Below the pieces are notes generated by a model. It was not told where the DNA came from. It did no database searches and saw only the letters and a list, made by a program, of their open reading frames with translations. Made by a program: the position numbers and the translations under genes. This document shows, one piece after another, positions 49,850 to 62,391 of a stretch of DNA of 64,000 bases. Numbering within the stretch: the first letter of the stretch is position 1; the number at the start of each line of letters is the position of its first letter. The DNA is from Botryllus schlosseri (taxonomy: Eukaryota). The stretch is taken from contig CM119371.1 in the NCBI GenBank assembly GCA_051294905.1, positions 33,110,001 through 33,174,000 of the forward strand, written 5' to 3'.

Positions 49850-51575
49850 AGTGGGGCCCGCGAATGGATTTAGATGTTGTAACCCAAAGCTCAGTACTTG
49901 GACCCGTCCTCTTTACCTTATATCTAAACGAAATTTTTGATACCTCCTCATTGAACAACACACTGTTCGCTGATGATCCTCACCTCATCTCTTCCGCATC
50001 TTCGACGGCAGAGCTGCATGCCCTGACTAGTGACCAAATGCCTAAAGTCCATGAGTGGACGGCCGAGAATAACCTTTTCATAAACGCCTCGAAATCCTCG
50101 AAAAATAACTTAACGGTTAATATCGCTGGTCAGCCCGTTTACAACACAGATAATGCCAAATATCTCTGGGTTTTATTGGACTCGAACATGTCCTGAAAGA
50201 GTCATATTCAGTCCCTAGACACTAAATTATCACCGAAGTGCGGCCTATTCTACAGCCTCAGACGCTTCATGTCAGCATGGGTTTTTCTGATACTCTTTAA
50301 ATCACGGGTGGGCAAACTTTTGAGCTCGCGGGCCACATTCAACATCTGAATCCATTCGCGGGCCGCATTATATAAAATTGGGATTATAAACCAAAACGCA
50401 AGTTTTGCTGGTATTTAATTATATAGTGATAGGACGTGGAGATAATATATATGCTTTTTTAAAACAAACTAAACATTGCTATGATGATATCGTACACGCA
50501 CCAGAAACAATGGCGAGATTTAATAGGCTGGTCGACCTCAATAACCAATTTGTCAAAACTATAGAGATGAAAGTCTGTTGTCCCGATTCTTAGAACAGGA
50601 TTGAAATTTAAATTTGTGAGCAGTGATCTGCTCATAGATTTACTAATTCCACTTTTGGTTCAGTTCCAGGACACACAATGCTGACAGCATCATAACCATG
50701 TTAGCTTCAAACACGCTTCTACTAAATTTGTAGATAAAATATAAATAACCTAATTCTACGCATACAGAGAACGAATCTATTCAAGACACGCACAAACCGT
50801 TTTTATAAGCACATCACTGAAATAATTGAACCTGGAGTGGCCAATCTGAAATCACACTCGTGATCCGAATTGTCTATCTGGTTAGGATTTTGGTGATGTT
50901 CAGCAGTTGAAACCTTTCAAACTGCGTGGGACTTGACATCGGGCTGTCGCGCCAGAAATTGAACATGAAAAATAATAAAGGAAGTATTTACCTTAGAAAA
51001 GGGGTTCTCCAACTTTTTAAGACATGCCCCCACCCCCTTATGATGGTGAAAGATTTCGCGCCCCCTTATCGTCATATCACAAAACGCAACCAGGATGCTA
51101 TAGCAAACCTAACGGATAGTTTGGTGGCATGCGAGGTTGCGACTATTGATGAGAGATTTTTAAATATGAACTTCATATTAAATACAGAGCAATAATTATA
51201 AATTGGAAGTAAATTTTTCAGTTTACCTCAGCTTCGCGATCCCCTTCAGATACTTTCACGACTCCAGGGGGCACGCGTCCCCCAGGTTGAGAACCAATGC
51301 CGTAGAATTATCATGGTGAAATATACCAAAAAGCGTTTAATTAGGTCCCTGCATTAATTCGATTTTTAATACGCATTTTTAATAAGTTTCTGTAGACTCT
51401 CGCGGGCCGCACAGAACAGTGTCACATGCGGCCCGCGGGCCATAGTTTGCCCACCCCTGCTTTAAATCCTTAATCCAGTCGAAGTTACATTATGGCATCC
51501 TCTGTTGGGGGGCTGCCAGTAAAACTGCACTGAAGCCACTGCAAAAACTACAGCATAAAGTAATCCGAATCATAG
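49850..51575 (+). mobile_element. CR1/L2-type LINE reverse-transcriptase fragment split by a MITE
   Basis: QSSVLGPVLFTLYLNE, LFADD, NNLFINASKS, KYLWVLLDSNMS*KSHI; frame resumes after the MITE: LIQSKLHYGILCWG...LQHKVIRII. Confidence 0.9.
50303..51459 (-). mobile_element. CAGGGGTGGGCAAAC-family composite MITE, complete
   Basis: Perfect TSD CTTTAAAT. Confidence 0.95.
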
Positions 51576-51577
51576 CT

Positions 51578-51714
51578 AGGGCCCCGGAGGGACTTGGCTG
51601 CCCATCCAAGAAGTAGCTTCTGAAGAGATTCGGCCCAGATGAACCTCAGACGGGAATTGAACCGGATCCACGAGCTTAGTAAGCGCTTATCGTTACCCCT
51701 TCGATATCTCTCCC
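51578..51714 (-). mobile_element. tRNA-derived SINE head
   Basis: Minus strand contains B-box GGTTCAATTCC after a degenerate A-box region. Confidence 0.6.
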
Positions 51715-52559
51715 ATTTCTTCGCATGCAGAGAACGAATCTACCAAAGACACGCGCGAATCGATTATTTTATTAGTACATCACTGAAATAATTAAAACTA
51801 TAGTGACCAATCTGAAGTCACATTCTTGATCCGCATTATCTCAATTTCGTTAAGGGTTTCTGTGATATTAACCAGTTGAAACATTTCAAACTGCGTTGGC
51901 TTTCAGATTTGGCTGTCGCGCCATATATTAAAATATTGTAGGAAGTAATTACCTTCAAACAGGTGGCTCTCAAACTTTTTTAAGACAGGCGCTCCTTCTT
52001 ATGGTGAAAGCTTTCGCGCGCCCCTTATCGTAATATCGCAAAACGTAATCAGGATGATAGCAAACCTAACGGATGGTTTAATGGCATGGAAGGTTACGAC
52101 TGTGGATCTGATATTTTTAAATATGAAATTCAGACTAAATGCAGAGCAATAATTAGGATATGGATGAAAATCGCCTGGAGCATGAAAATTTTTGCAGTTG
52201 AACGCAGCTTCGCACCCCCTTCAGATGCCTTCAAGCCACCAATATAGGGGTCGCGCCCCCAGTTTGAAAACCACTGCCTTAGAGTTATCATGGAGAAATA
52301 TACCAAAAAAATATTAATCATGTCGAATTATTTCGATTTTTAGTACGCATTTTATCAATATTTTTAATAAGTTTCTTTATACTCTTGCGAGTGCACAAAA
52401 CAGGTGTTGCGGGCCGTAGTTTGCCCACCCCTGATCTAGGCAGATGCTTAGATCTATTTGTGTTTAGAGGATGCAATCATACTAGGATGGCAGGATATCG
52501 CAAGAAAAATAAATATTACATTTACTATCAGCTGTAGGTCCAATGCCCCATTCAGCTTA

Positions 52560-53738
52560 TCCAGTATGACTTGAAACTCCTACAATCTCGATAATTTGGA
52601 TCAAGATGAAGATCTTAGGGATAAAAGGCCTGATGATGAAGATTTTGAAATCGAAGATAATTCAGAACGTAGAGTCGTCCATCAACACAAGTTAAATGAT
52701 CTGATATAGGCTTTGTGACTTGGAAGAGAAATATTCGGAAATTTTAGCATCCTGGCGAATTCAGAAACGATTACTGGGCTAGGGTGCGAAGATGTCTCAC
52801 TTTCGATCATGAGTAACGACGTTTTCATCGTAGGGATACTTCCGGTAGATTTTTGTATTGCCGTGATACTGGCATGATGCTATTATCATGAATTGCTGGA
52901 GGTCATAGGAATCCCGATTTACATCTATAGTGAATGGCAAATGTATATTGGTAGTGCAGAAAGGATCCCAAAGTGACATCCTCCTGAATGGCAATGTTAA
53001 ATGCAGTTACAATTGCACACTCAGTTAGTCTTCTTGAATGATATAGAAACATTGAGAATGCTATAGAAACATTGAATCATTGGAATATTACTAACACGAT
53101 TGGGATTGAATCATATGAGTCAGCTTTGAAATATTGTGTGTTCTTAGTGGTCAGACAATAAAAATGCACATGTAAGCCTGATGCACACGTGCCACTGCCG
53201 TATATTTATGTCGGACAGCAGACATTCAAAAATCTAAAATATATGTATAATTTCCCGGAAACCTTGGCATAGTCAGCGATGGGCAAGGAGAAAACATCTC
53301 TCAATATATGGAGATGATGGGATGAGATACCAGAGTAGATTGGAGCTTACATATGTTAGCAGACTGTTGCTCGGGTGTTGAACGAGACAGCCCACATAAT
53401 TATGAGTTAGTAAAGTACATTTGGACCCTGAAACTAGCACTTTATTTGTCCTGTAGGAGCAATATCAGTTTGAATCAACCAAATAAAGCAGTGCAAATGT
53501 TTATTTGGAGTCTATTGATTTACTTTCGACTGCTTGTGATTTTTAAAACGCTTCATGCAATAAACACAAAATATTTGAAGTAGTACTTTTATGTGGGTTA
53601 TGAGACAATGGGGTGGGTGCCTACCCCAAAAACTTGACGTGACAGAGAAAAACAGAAGTCATTTTCAAATTCAGCGCCCAAAAGTTAGTCTATGTCAATT
53701 GTCTGATCAAAACTCAACGAAAATTGTGTTGACCCGTG
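52560..53738 (+). mobile_element. Chapaev3-like (CMC) transposase remnant with right terminus
   Basis: KLNDLI; EWQMYIGS; LLNGN; IAHSVSLLE*Y; VSDGQGE..Q; RYQ; MLADCC...RD; ends GTTGACCCGTG. Confidence 0.7.
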
Positions 53739-55249
53739 TAATCTCCCAATCTCTTCTTTACAGGCTGGTTATGCTATGGTCTAAACTTTGCTCTCTGTAT
53801 TTTTTTGATCAAAATTAATGATTGTTGGTTGCTCTCTCAATTAGATTACGCATACGCGAACAGTCCTCCGCCAACTTTCACATGTCTATGCGCTGCTGAT
53901 TATATGGGTATCTATAAATCGGTCGAACGGTTATCTATGAATGCTAATCGTTGTAATTCGTACTCGTATTTAAGAGTTTAATAGAACGTCGGAGTCTGAT
54001 TCAAATGAGGATAGCCGACTCGTATAACAGCGACAGCAACATAAAGCTGCTCGAATATAGCAGACGCGCAGAACAGCAGCATAAAACCGAATAAAGATAG
54101 CTGACAAATAGCACAGCAACAACAGCAACGACATACACCCGAAAGAATTTAGCTGGCAAGTAGTACAGAAACATACAGCGGAATGAACGTAATAACGTAA
54201 GCAAGATTTACAATCAACTTCACGATAACGTAATAAACCAAGGATTGGTGGTTCGCCGACTACTCCAGAATTCCTAACTAAGCGTTGGAGGTTTATCTAG
54301 GCTTCTTGCCACATGATACGCGAAAGCGGTGTCTTATAGAAAGACTATAGAAGTGGGTCGTGGTACAAGTTGGTAAATACGGAATCAAAACTAAAAAGTA
54401 TCGGCCTGGTGTAAAATAACCAATGTAGTCGAAACACGATGACCATCGAACAATCTCTTTAAATAGTATTTGCAACAGCCTATTCGAGAAGCCTGGATTA
54501 TAAATGATTGCTAAAATGCCAACGCTGTTGAAGATTACCAAATAAAATCAGTTATCGCCAACATCATGAATGTAGCTTTTTTTGACAGAGTCGGGAGTTT
54601 CAAAAAACGTCAAGGTATCCGAATTCGCGACGGTATTCGAATCGGGAGTTGCGTTCCGCAGCCTTCTAATGACACAGACGACGACACGTGGATGGGCCAA
54701 GCATGCAATATATTGAATAACGAGGGTGTTTATAGAATTCTAAAAACGTATGCAATTTTCCAAAGCAATGCCAATACAGCGCATTATCTACACCTGGAAG
54801 GGAATGATATTACTCGTAAAATGGCATTTTATTTCTGAACACGCACGTATGCAATAACGTAACTACTTCGATTCGACCGTCCCACGCCCCAGCTATATCG
54901 TTGCATCCAAATCCTTGGCCTCGTAACTCACCGGGAACAGTATTACATGGAAGCATTTGAAAACGAACTCAGCAGCTCTTTCTTATTCAAGGAGTGGATA
55001 TGATGGGCATACCCGTGGTTGTGACCATAACGCTGAAGTCCCGGGTCTGCCTTCGATCTTGTGTCTTCAAAATGCAATCTGGTTCTGACCCGACTCCGTC
55101 CGCACCACAATAAAGTACGAATCCAGCCCTAGCCCAAATTTAAAAAATATTCCTGATAATACACCCCCAGATATGTCTAAATCAGTGGTTCTCAACCTTT
55201 TTGTCTTCATTTCCTACTTCAGATTTATTCCGAGCCTTCATTCCCAACC

Positions 55250-56244
55250 AAGACCGTAACAGCACTTCGTCATCCCCCCTAAAAAACGTTGGCCTCCCCC
55301 CCACAGGGTGATAAACCAAACAAAGCCATCCAGAACCCCCTCAACCCGCCTGAGCCTGTACGCTTTCCCCCGTTGCTTATGAGCTACATTGGGTCTACCG
55401 TTTAGTGCGACGCCTTTTTTCGACGAAGCGCGCGAAGCGCGAACAATTTGTATAATTCATGTTTAAATCGGTCAATATGATCGGGAATTGCATATATATT
55501 GCTATCAATTCTTTATACCCTCTCTGCTCACGTAATCACATTTACCGGTAGAGCGGAGTGAGGTGTGTTGGAAAACGTAAGACCCCTAAATAAATACTAA
55601 ACATCTTCGGGCGGACCCGTTGGTATATTGACTTCGTTACATTATGCTATTTCGTGACCTCCTATATCTGCAATGTCAAAAGACATGGAAATCGCCAACA
55701 CTAAAAGGCACACACGATTTCAAACTGGTATTGCTTTACTGGCAAGTAACTTTTCCCTGCGGGATGGCATTTGTCCTGTGGGGTTCAGATCACCAAGGCG
55801 GGAACGTTCGGCACCAGGCATTTAGCAGCTCATGGTCAATTAAACATACATGCATATTGTATATATATCGAAGTTTTCGGTCAGCACAAGGGAATTCCTT
55901 CTGGGCCAAGCTCTTCTCGCTGCTGATCGTTCTGTCACACTTCTCGGAGTCGCCTATTAAATGGCCTATAACTTCATATGTCTTGGTGCGTCGAGGGGCA
56001 GTAATGGCCGACGCCGAAGTCTCCATTGCTATACAATTTACGTATTTTCGTGGGGGAAAGGCACCCAATCATCAATATAATCGGCAATATATAATAGCGC
56101 ACCCAGCACGAATTTTTTTTGAAAAAGTGGCATAAATTTGCAAAAAAATAACCTATAATTTATGTTAATTCACGAAATAATTTTTGCCCCCCCTCAAACT
56201 CGCCTTCCCCAAATGGGGGGTTTGGGGTGCGGAAGTTACGGTCC
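55250..56244 (+). mobile_element. Non-autonomous DNA element (15930-16868 family)
   Basis: Ends GACCGTAAC / GTTACGGTC; colinear with the other copy. Confidence 0.8.
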
Positions 56245-57138
56245 TTTTCCCCACTACCTAACACTTTTTTTTCATCACAGAGCAGCTATTTGCTGGTTTG
56301 ACAACACAAGACACCCCAACACACCAGTACGCAAGACAATCGCCAATAACCGCAACATAAAACGTATTGTGAACCGATAACAGTAACGGTCAAAATTTCG
56401 CGAAGGTGTTATTTCACGTCAAACTAGTCGTGCTGGATGCGTTTGTGACGTCACGATTGGCCATCCAGAGTTAAAAATGAGGTTTTGTGAACAACACGCA
56501 ATATAATTTTCGATACATACATTCCAGAGCAGTTAACTGGTAACGGTAATTGCGCATTTGTCTCCGTGAATATGTAGACTGTCCTGTATATAATTTTGAA
56601 CAAATGCGTCTATTCCCCGCCAGAAACCATTGAATTCCCCACCATTTGGGAACCACATCCCCACACTTTTCCCCGGTACTCGTGACATATCAGTTAAAGT
56701 AGCAACTCCTCTTCGATGCGGATCCGGCCACAAATACAAAAAAAGCGACGGAAATCAAGTCCAAGAACTATACACTAGGGTTATGACTAGATAAAAATTG
56801 GCCGGTAGCAGGAATTGAAATTAGAAAAATTATAATCATTTTGTTCAAATCGAAAAAAATGTCCCGCACAAACCAACTTCAATTTTCAACACTGGTTCAT
56901 ACATAGAAAAAATTTACAATTCAAAGGTATTCTTTGCTACAAATTTAATCTTCATATATATGTCCTTCTGTACTTCTGGTAAAGTTCATCCATCAATTTG
57001 ACCTCCCTTTCTGTTATTATGTTAGTGCCAGGGACATCTACAACGGAAATATCCGACTTCCAATGGGATTTTAAGGCACTTATTCGCTGCAAGAGATTCG
57101 ATCGCAAAGATAGCAGCAAATAATCTTTGGTATACTCT

Positions 57139-59601
57139 AGAGCCCGATCGATATTGGATTTTTGGGTCGATGCCGATAAAACCGATATCGCACACCTTGA
57201 CCGAGGACCCCAATACATTCAGCCGATATTCAGAAGAAGTTGGATATACATAAGCACAATTTCAAAGCTTCAGAGCATTTATTTGAACATCTTTACAGCC
57301 ATTGTTATATTTTAACATGAAATAAACTAGAAAGGCTATATCTGGACTAGAGTTTGATCAATTGTAGTTTGTAATTGAGCTGAATGTAATTAATACATTT
57401 TTTCATGTAATTGTAATTGTAATTGGGATTGAAGCATTTCTATTTTGTGTAATTGTAATTGTAATTGTAATTTGATCAAATTTTTGCTCAATTACAATCT
57501 CTATTACATTTTCATGGAAACCTGACAATCACAACATAAAATAATCATTTATTAGTCGCACCAGTGAAAATCCGGTATGAACCAAGATGACGACGAGGGG
57601 CCTTAAGGCCGTAGTAAACAGTCACCACATGTACTAATTAGCCCATTTACATCGATGTTCTATGCGTGCTGCGATAGAACTAGATAATTCAGTCACGCTA
57701 AACCGTTTCCCATACTTAAGAAGCAACAAAAAACTTTGTGAATACAATAAAGGCTAAACCAATGATTCTCAAAATGGGGGCGTGACCCCTTGGGCGTCGT
57801 GATAGCATATGAACGGGGAGCGACGCTCCAGTGAACTGACATCTTTGCCGCGTATTGGAGAATTCTCTCATCAGCAGTCATAACATAACCTTCCATACCA
57901 TCAAACTATATGTAAGGATTGCTAACTTTCTGGTTTGATTTTGTGCTATGACGATAAGGGGGCACGAAATATTCACTGTTACAAAGTGCGTCTAAAAAAG
58001 TTAGAGAACCAGTGGACTAAACTAAATATTATTATTTCAAAAATGGATGAACACCAAATAAACTCTTATGAAATCTGTGCTGAATTATTTCCTACACCAC
58101 GTTCAAAGTTTTTTTGAAATCTCTGACCAGTACCGAGGCTTGTTGCAACAATAGCAAAAAATTCAAGTTTCCAACCAAGGCTTCATCAAACATGATCACG
58201 CATTTGTAGAGATGTTATTCCAATCTTACCTCCAATCTTGGCCAAATTTACTGGGGCCAGAAACTTTTCGCACCCTAATGTTCATCAAATGCAATCTAAC
58301 AGTTTCCGAGCAAGTGAAATGTAAATGTGAACCAAAACATTGTAATTCTTAGTTATCAGGAGGTTCTTTCCTTTTGCATTTATTTTAATTTTACGCACCT
58401 TATCCGTTTCATCCTTATCTCTGACGCCTTACCATTTACATTTCATTATCCTGACTCAGCTCTGAGTAGGCCCAGGGTTGAGCAAAATCACTGAGTGATT
58501 CGATTCTGAATTACGTATTATACTTCGAGTTGAGTCGAGTATTCGAGTATTACTCATTATTACGTCATAACAGAATGCAATATGTCAAAGTTCAAATATG
58601 TACCTTTTATGCCTTCACAAAGAATATAATACCTCTTGTCGATCACGTTAAAGGTACTAAAGGTACATGTTGTGGGATGATCATGACTTCAGAAATGTGT
58701 TATTTCCAGTAACGTTCGTAGATTTTTACTATGTTTCGTGCGTTGCGATACGGGTAATCAAGGTTTCGAGGCTTCCACAGTGGAAAAGAGTATCGCTACT
58801 ATAATGCTCGTTGATAAATTATCGTTGATAAATTAATGTAATTTCAGTACTCGAAAAAATTGTTTTTGATCACTCGACTCGAATCATTGAAATTAATACT
58901 CGATTCAGATTCGAGTACTCGAATCATTGTGCCCAGCCCTAAGCCTAATCGTTTCATTACATTTGATTGACTGTCCTGTAGCCTATTCGCTGTTAATCGC
59001 TCAAACCTTTGTTTCTTACCAGTCGCTTAAAACATTTTTCTGTGCTTATAGTTTTCAGTACTCAGGATTAGGAATAGTTCGAATACGTTCGAGTTTTTTT
59101 TAATTAAAAGGGCATTCTACATATCAGGAATGAAACATGAATAGCTTGAGATTGTTGCTAATTACGTCGCTACGGTTGTCAAAGGACACCACTTTACAGA
59201 ATCAATTTTTAAAAGTAATTGTAATTGTAATTATAATTGTAATTAATTACATGTTTAACAGTAATTGTAATTGTAATTTGATATTTTTAGCATTGAGTAA
59301 TTGTAATTGTAATGTAATTTAAACATGCAAGGAAGTAATTGTAATTGTAATTGTAATTGAATTAAAATATTGTAATTGATCCAACTCTGATCTGGACACC
59401 TGTCAAGTGTAAGCTTGTGAGATATATCAATATTCTCAATCTAGCGGCCAAAGATTATAGTTTTCTGACTTCCTACCGCCATGTTGTGACGTCACGAGAA
59501 TTGCCGATAATTTTTCAGCTTCAATGGCTGATACCGATAATTCTGTCGAAGTGTGATATCGTCCCGGTATTATCGGCGAACCGATAAATGGTCGGGCTCC
59601 A
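57139..59601. mobile_element. hAT MITE with CCGAT subterminal repeats
   Basis: TIR TAGAGCCCGA / TCGGGCTCCA; TSD GTATACTC/GTATATTC. Confidence 0.88.
57348..59389 (-). mobile_element. (GTAATT)n-array hAT MITE, complete, containing MITEs at 57760-58014 and 58473-58941
   Basis: TIR TAGAGTTTGATC / GATCCAACTCTG; perfect TSD ATCTGGAC. Confidence 0.92.
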
Positions 59602-60532
59602 GTATATTCTATCTATAGACATCTGGTTAGAATACCAGGCTTCCTGGCACGCATTTGCGAGGAATAAGCATGATATCTCAAGAGATACTCTTCATCTGGG
59701 GACTATTTTCCCTGAAAGAGCGGCATGCTCTGCACAACATAGATGAACTTAAAATGATCCCTCCATCCTCGGTTTTCTAATATTTTTATTTGAAATCCTG
59801 GCTTGATGGATTGTACCAAGTTTTCGTAGTATTTTACCATATCATCTCCAAATTTGTAGCTGAGAGTTGGATTTGTTGAGGATGTTGGATTGAAGAACTC
59901 TGATATATGCTTTAAGAATCGATAATAATATGTTGGCAACCAATGTATTGTGGTTTATGAAAACCCTTGCTATTCACTGCAATTTGCAGTTTCGCAACAA
60001 CGCCATTCCGCCGCCCAGTATCAACAGATGCTGAGTCACATATGATATGACATTTTCAAATATTCTTCATATTCCTCTAATCGGTTTTCTAGACCGCTGA
60101 AAATATGTTGAGTTGTTTTACTTTCGCCTTTTCGAACACCCAGTTCGATTTGTGTCAGAAAAGTTGAAATTATACGATCCATACAGTCTACATATAAAAT
60201 CGAAATTATTAATTATTTATTAATTATTTAACTTTGACTGTAAGCAAGAAAACGAATTAAATAATTCAATATGAATGATGAAAATTTACAAAAATGCTAT
60301 TTTAAATCTTCGTAATTGGAATTGTGTCAGTTGAATTCAAACCAGTCGGTATATATATTATATAGTATGTATCTACAAAAAAGCCTATCCTTCATACCGT
60401 GAAAACTGGAAAATTTTGGTGCGGGAGGTTTTTGTTTAACCAGTCTTAATTTTTGGTAATTTTGCAATCAGGACACAATAGCTCATCGTTTGTGACTACA
60501 GGACGCACAATTTTTTTTTTTCTAGTCATAAC

Positions 60533-61574
60533 TAGGGCCATTTTTATATGACCTTAAAAAATCAATTATATGACTTTATTTTATGGAAAAGATGACTTTA
60601 TATGACTTTATGTGAAAATAGCGTATTTTTACATGTAACCAACGTCACTCATGGAACTGACGAGTAAAACATGCACAACATATCAGTAATACGAATCCAT
60701 TTTTATTTTAAACCACTGTTGTAGTACAGTTTCATGTAGTGTGGAATGTTGTAGTCTTTAAAGTGACAATTTGGATGTAAAAATGACTTTAGTAAGGAAA
60801 ATGAGCGCTCCACAGACGCTGATGTGGGTTGACACTTTTGCAATTTTGCATACAGCGCTGGTGAAATGTCTTGCCTTTGCAGCTCCATAATTTGTTTCAC
60901 ATCGTTTTTGTCCAATCGCTTCTTTGTAATTTTTGAGCTCAAGCGGATCTGTTCTGAAATCAACGGCCTTTAGATCAGCATTAGCCTCTCTGATGGTGTA
61001 CGTACAACTTTCCATTTTCAGTATCAAGTTTGAAATATTGTTGTAGTGGAGGCATATTTCGGTGACCAATTCTTCAATTATTTATTATAGTGGTGCCAAC
61101 CGTAAATACTAGTTTATTCAAATCCAAATGTATTTGTATATAAGTTGACCAAGATAGAGCTTTTTAGCCTGCCTACCCACTGACTGAACTTCAAATGACG
61201 TCCTACTTCAGTGCACAGAAGTAAAGTATCAAGACAAATCAGTGTGTGACCTCATAATGCAATGTGTGACCTCATAGGTCTGTGACTGTAATAATATGTA
61301 CGCTAACCTTACAGCTTGCCTTCGTTCAATCAGAAATTGCTTTACTTTCTTTGTGCTTAATTGCTTCACCGCGGAAATTGGCACTTTTTATTTAAAGTAT
61401 ACAACAATATGACTTTATAACTCAAATATGAACTAACCAGGAAAATATGACTTTATATGACTTTATAACTTTCTTAATATACCCCCTAGGGACGTGGATT
61501 TTGCGTTAAAATTGATTTCACGACTTACTGATGCATAGAAAAAAATATGACTTTAATGACTTTAAATGGCCCTA
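60533..61574 (-). mobile_element. Internally deleted hAT transposon
   Basis: TIR TAGGGCCATTT; perfect TSD GTCATAAC; ATGACTTT subterminal repeats; QKCQPTSASVERSFSLLKSFL. Confidence 0.95.
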
Positions 61575-61905
61575 GTCATAACCCTACTATACACTTTTTA
61601 TTTTGATATAATGACTGCACAGTGCAAAGTCACTATGCTCCCTACCCTTACCCGAATAATCCGTACCTTTAATAGAAAGTCGTTCCCTGTGTCGACGCAG
61701 CTACCATATGTACGTTACACTGGGATATTTCAATCCATTTGAGAGTTAGAAAAATGTTCCTGTGACTCCATTCAATTGAAAAATTTGAATATGCCTCCTG
61801 ATCCATTCAAATTGAAATCTCAGACTTCCAGGTCACTGAAATGTGTCAGCTTCTCAAACTGCCTCCGACTTCTTAGTTTATAGTTGCAAACTATTTCCCC
61901 TTTAG

Positions 61906-62091
61906 GAATGCCGATCGTGAGAAAACTGCGCTTCATCTGGAAAAGCATGTAAAGGCAGGTGCAACAATTGCCGGATTGATTTATAAAGGTGGTGTCATTC
62001 TGGGTGCAGACGCACGAGCCAGCACGGAGGACAGAAGGATTATGAATGATAGAAATCGCTCAAAAATACATTACATCACTCCAAACATGTA
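61906..62091 (+). CDS. PSMB7: Exon of a proteasome subunit beta type-7 (beta2)-like gene; Thr1 replaced by Ala
   Basis: tttag / gtgagt boundaries; open: NADREK...KAG-ATIAGLIYKGGVILGADARASTED..MNDRNRSKIHYITPNMY vs PSMB7 [44 protein letters not shown]. Confidence 0.88.
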
Positions 62092-62151
62092 GTGAGTATA
62101 GACCAGCCTACTCAATCTTGAGCACCGATTATAGTGAAATTCACCTTATAT

Positions 62152-62391
62152 TAGGCTTACCATATTTTGGAAATCCAAAAAGAGGACACTTTTTCAGAAA
62201 TTTGAGACTTGCAAATCCGGAGAAGAATTCTGAAAAATCGGTGAATTTTTCCCACTTTGTGATCGGTTGACTATAAAGAAAGGTCAACATACCGCTCAGA
62301 GCTCAAAATATCGTTTTTCTCTCCACATTGCTAGGTGGTTGACTAAAAAAAAAGGTCAACTTTCGCCCAGCCGGAGCGTATGGTAACCCTA
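62152..62391. mobile_element. TAGGGTTACCATA-family MITE
   Basis: TIR TAGGCTTACCATA / TATGGTAACCCTA; perfect TSD CCTTATAT. Confidence 0.9.

Larger units (their letters stand above)
47719..52433 (-). mobile_element. Same MITE family, inverted, split by a ~3.5-kb block (~48160-51715)
   Basis: TIRs at both ends; TSD ATCTAGGC (47711-47718, 52434-52441). Confidence 0.88.
56952..60187 (-). pseudogene. Captured coding exon, STING-like (possibly the end of a TIR domain plus STING domain), decayed and MITE-split
   Basis: Acceptor at 60188-60189; frame is continuous once 57139-59601 and one TSD are removed: TYYYRFLKHI...FKFIYVV...RKPGILTR...ISVVDVPGT...ELYQKYRRT. Coding nature is well supported; the family call is tentative. 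Confidence 0.45.
56776..61586. mobile_element. hAT-type Pack-like element carrying a non-transposase exon
   Basis: TIR TAGGGTTATGACTAG (right TIR split by the 60533-61574 insertion); perfect TSD CTATACAC (56768-56775, 61587-61594). Confidence 0.88.

Noticed and set aside
51640..51714. tRNA gene
   Set aside because: B-box present but no cloverleaf; treated as a SINE head (same for 9018-9060).
53823..54279. Possible solo LTR (TGTTGG...CCTAAC, AATAAA)
   Set aside because: No TSD, terminal CA missing and no second copy.
60367..60456. Possible PSMB7 exon 1 (FGAGGFCL, phase-2 donor)
   Set aside because: Lies inside the 56776-61586 element, has an upstream in-frame stop and matches only GGF.
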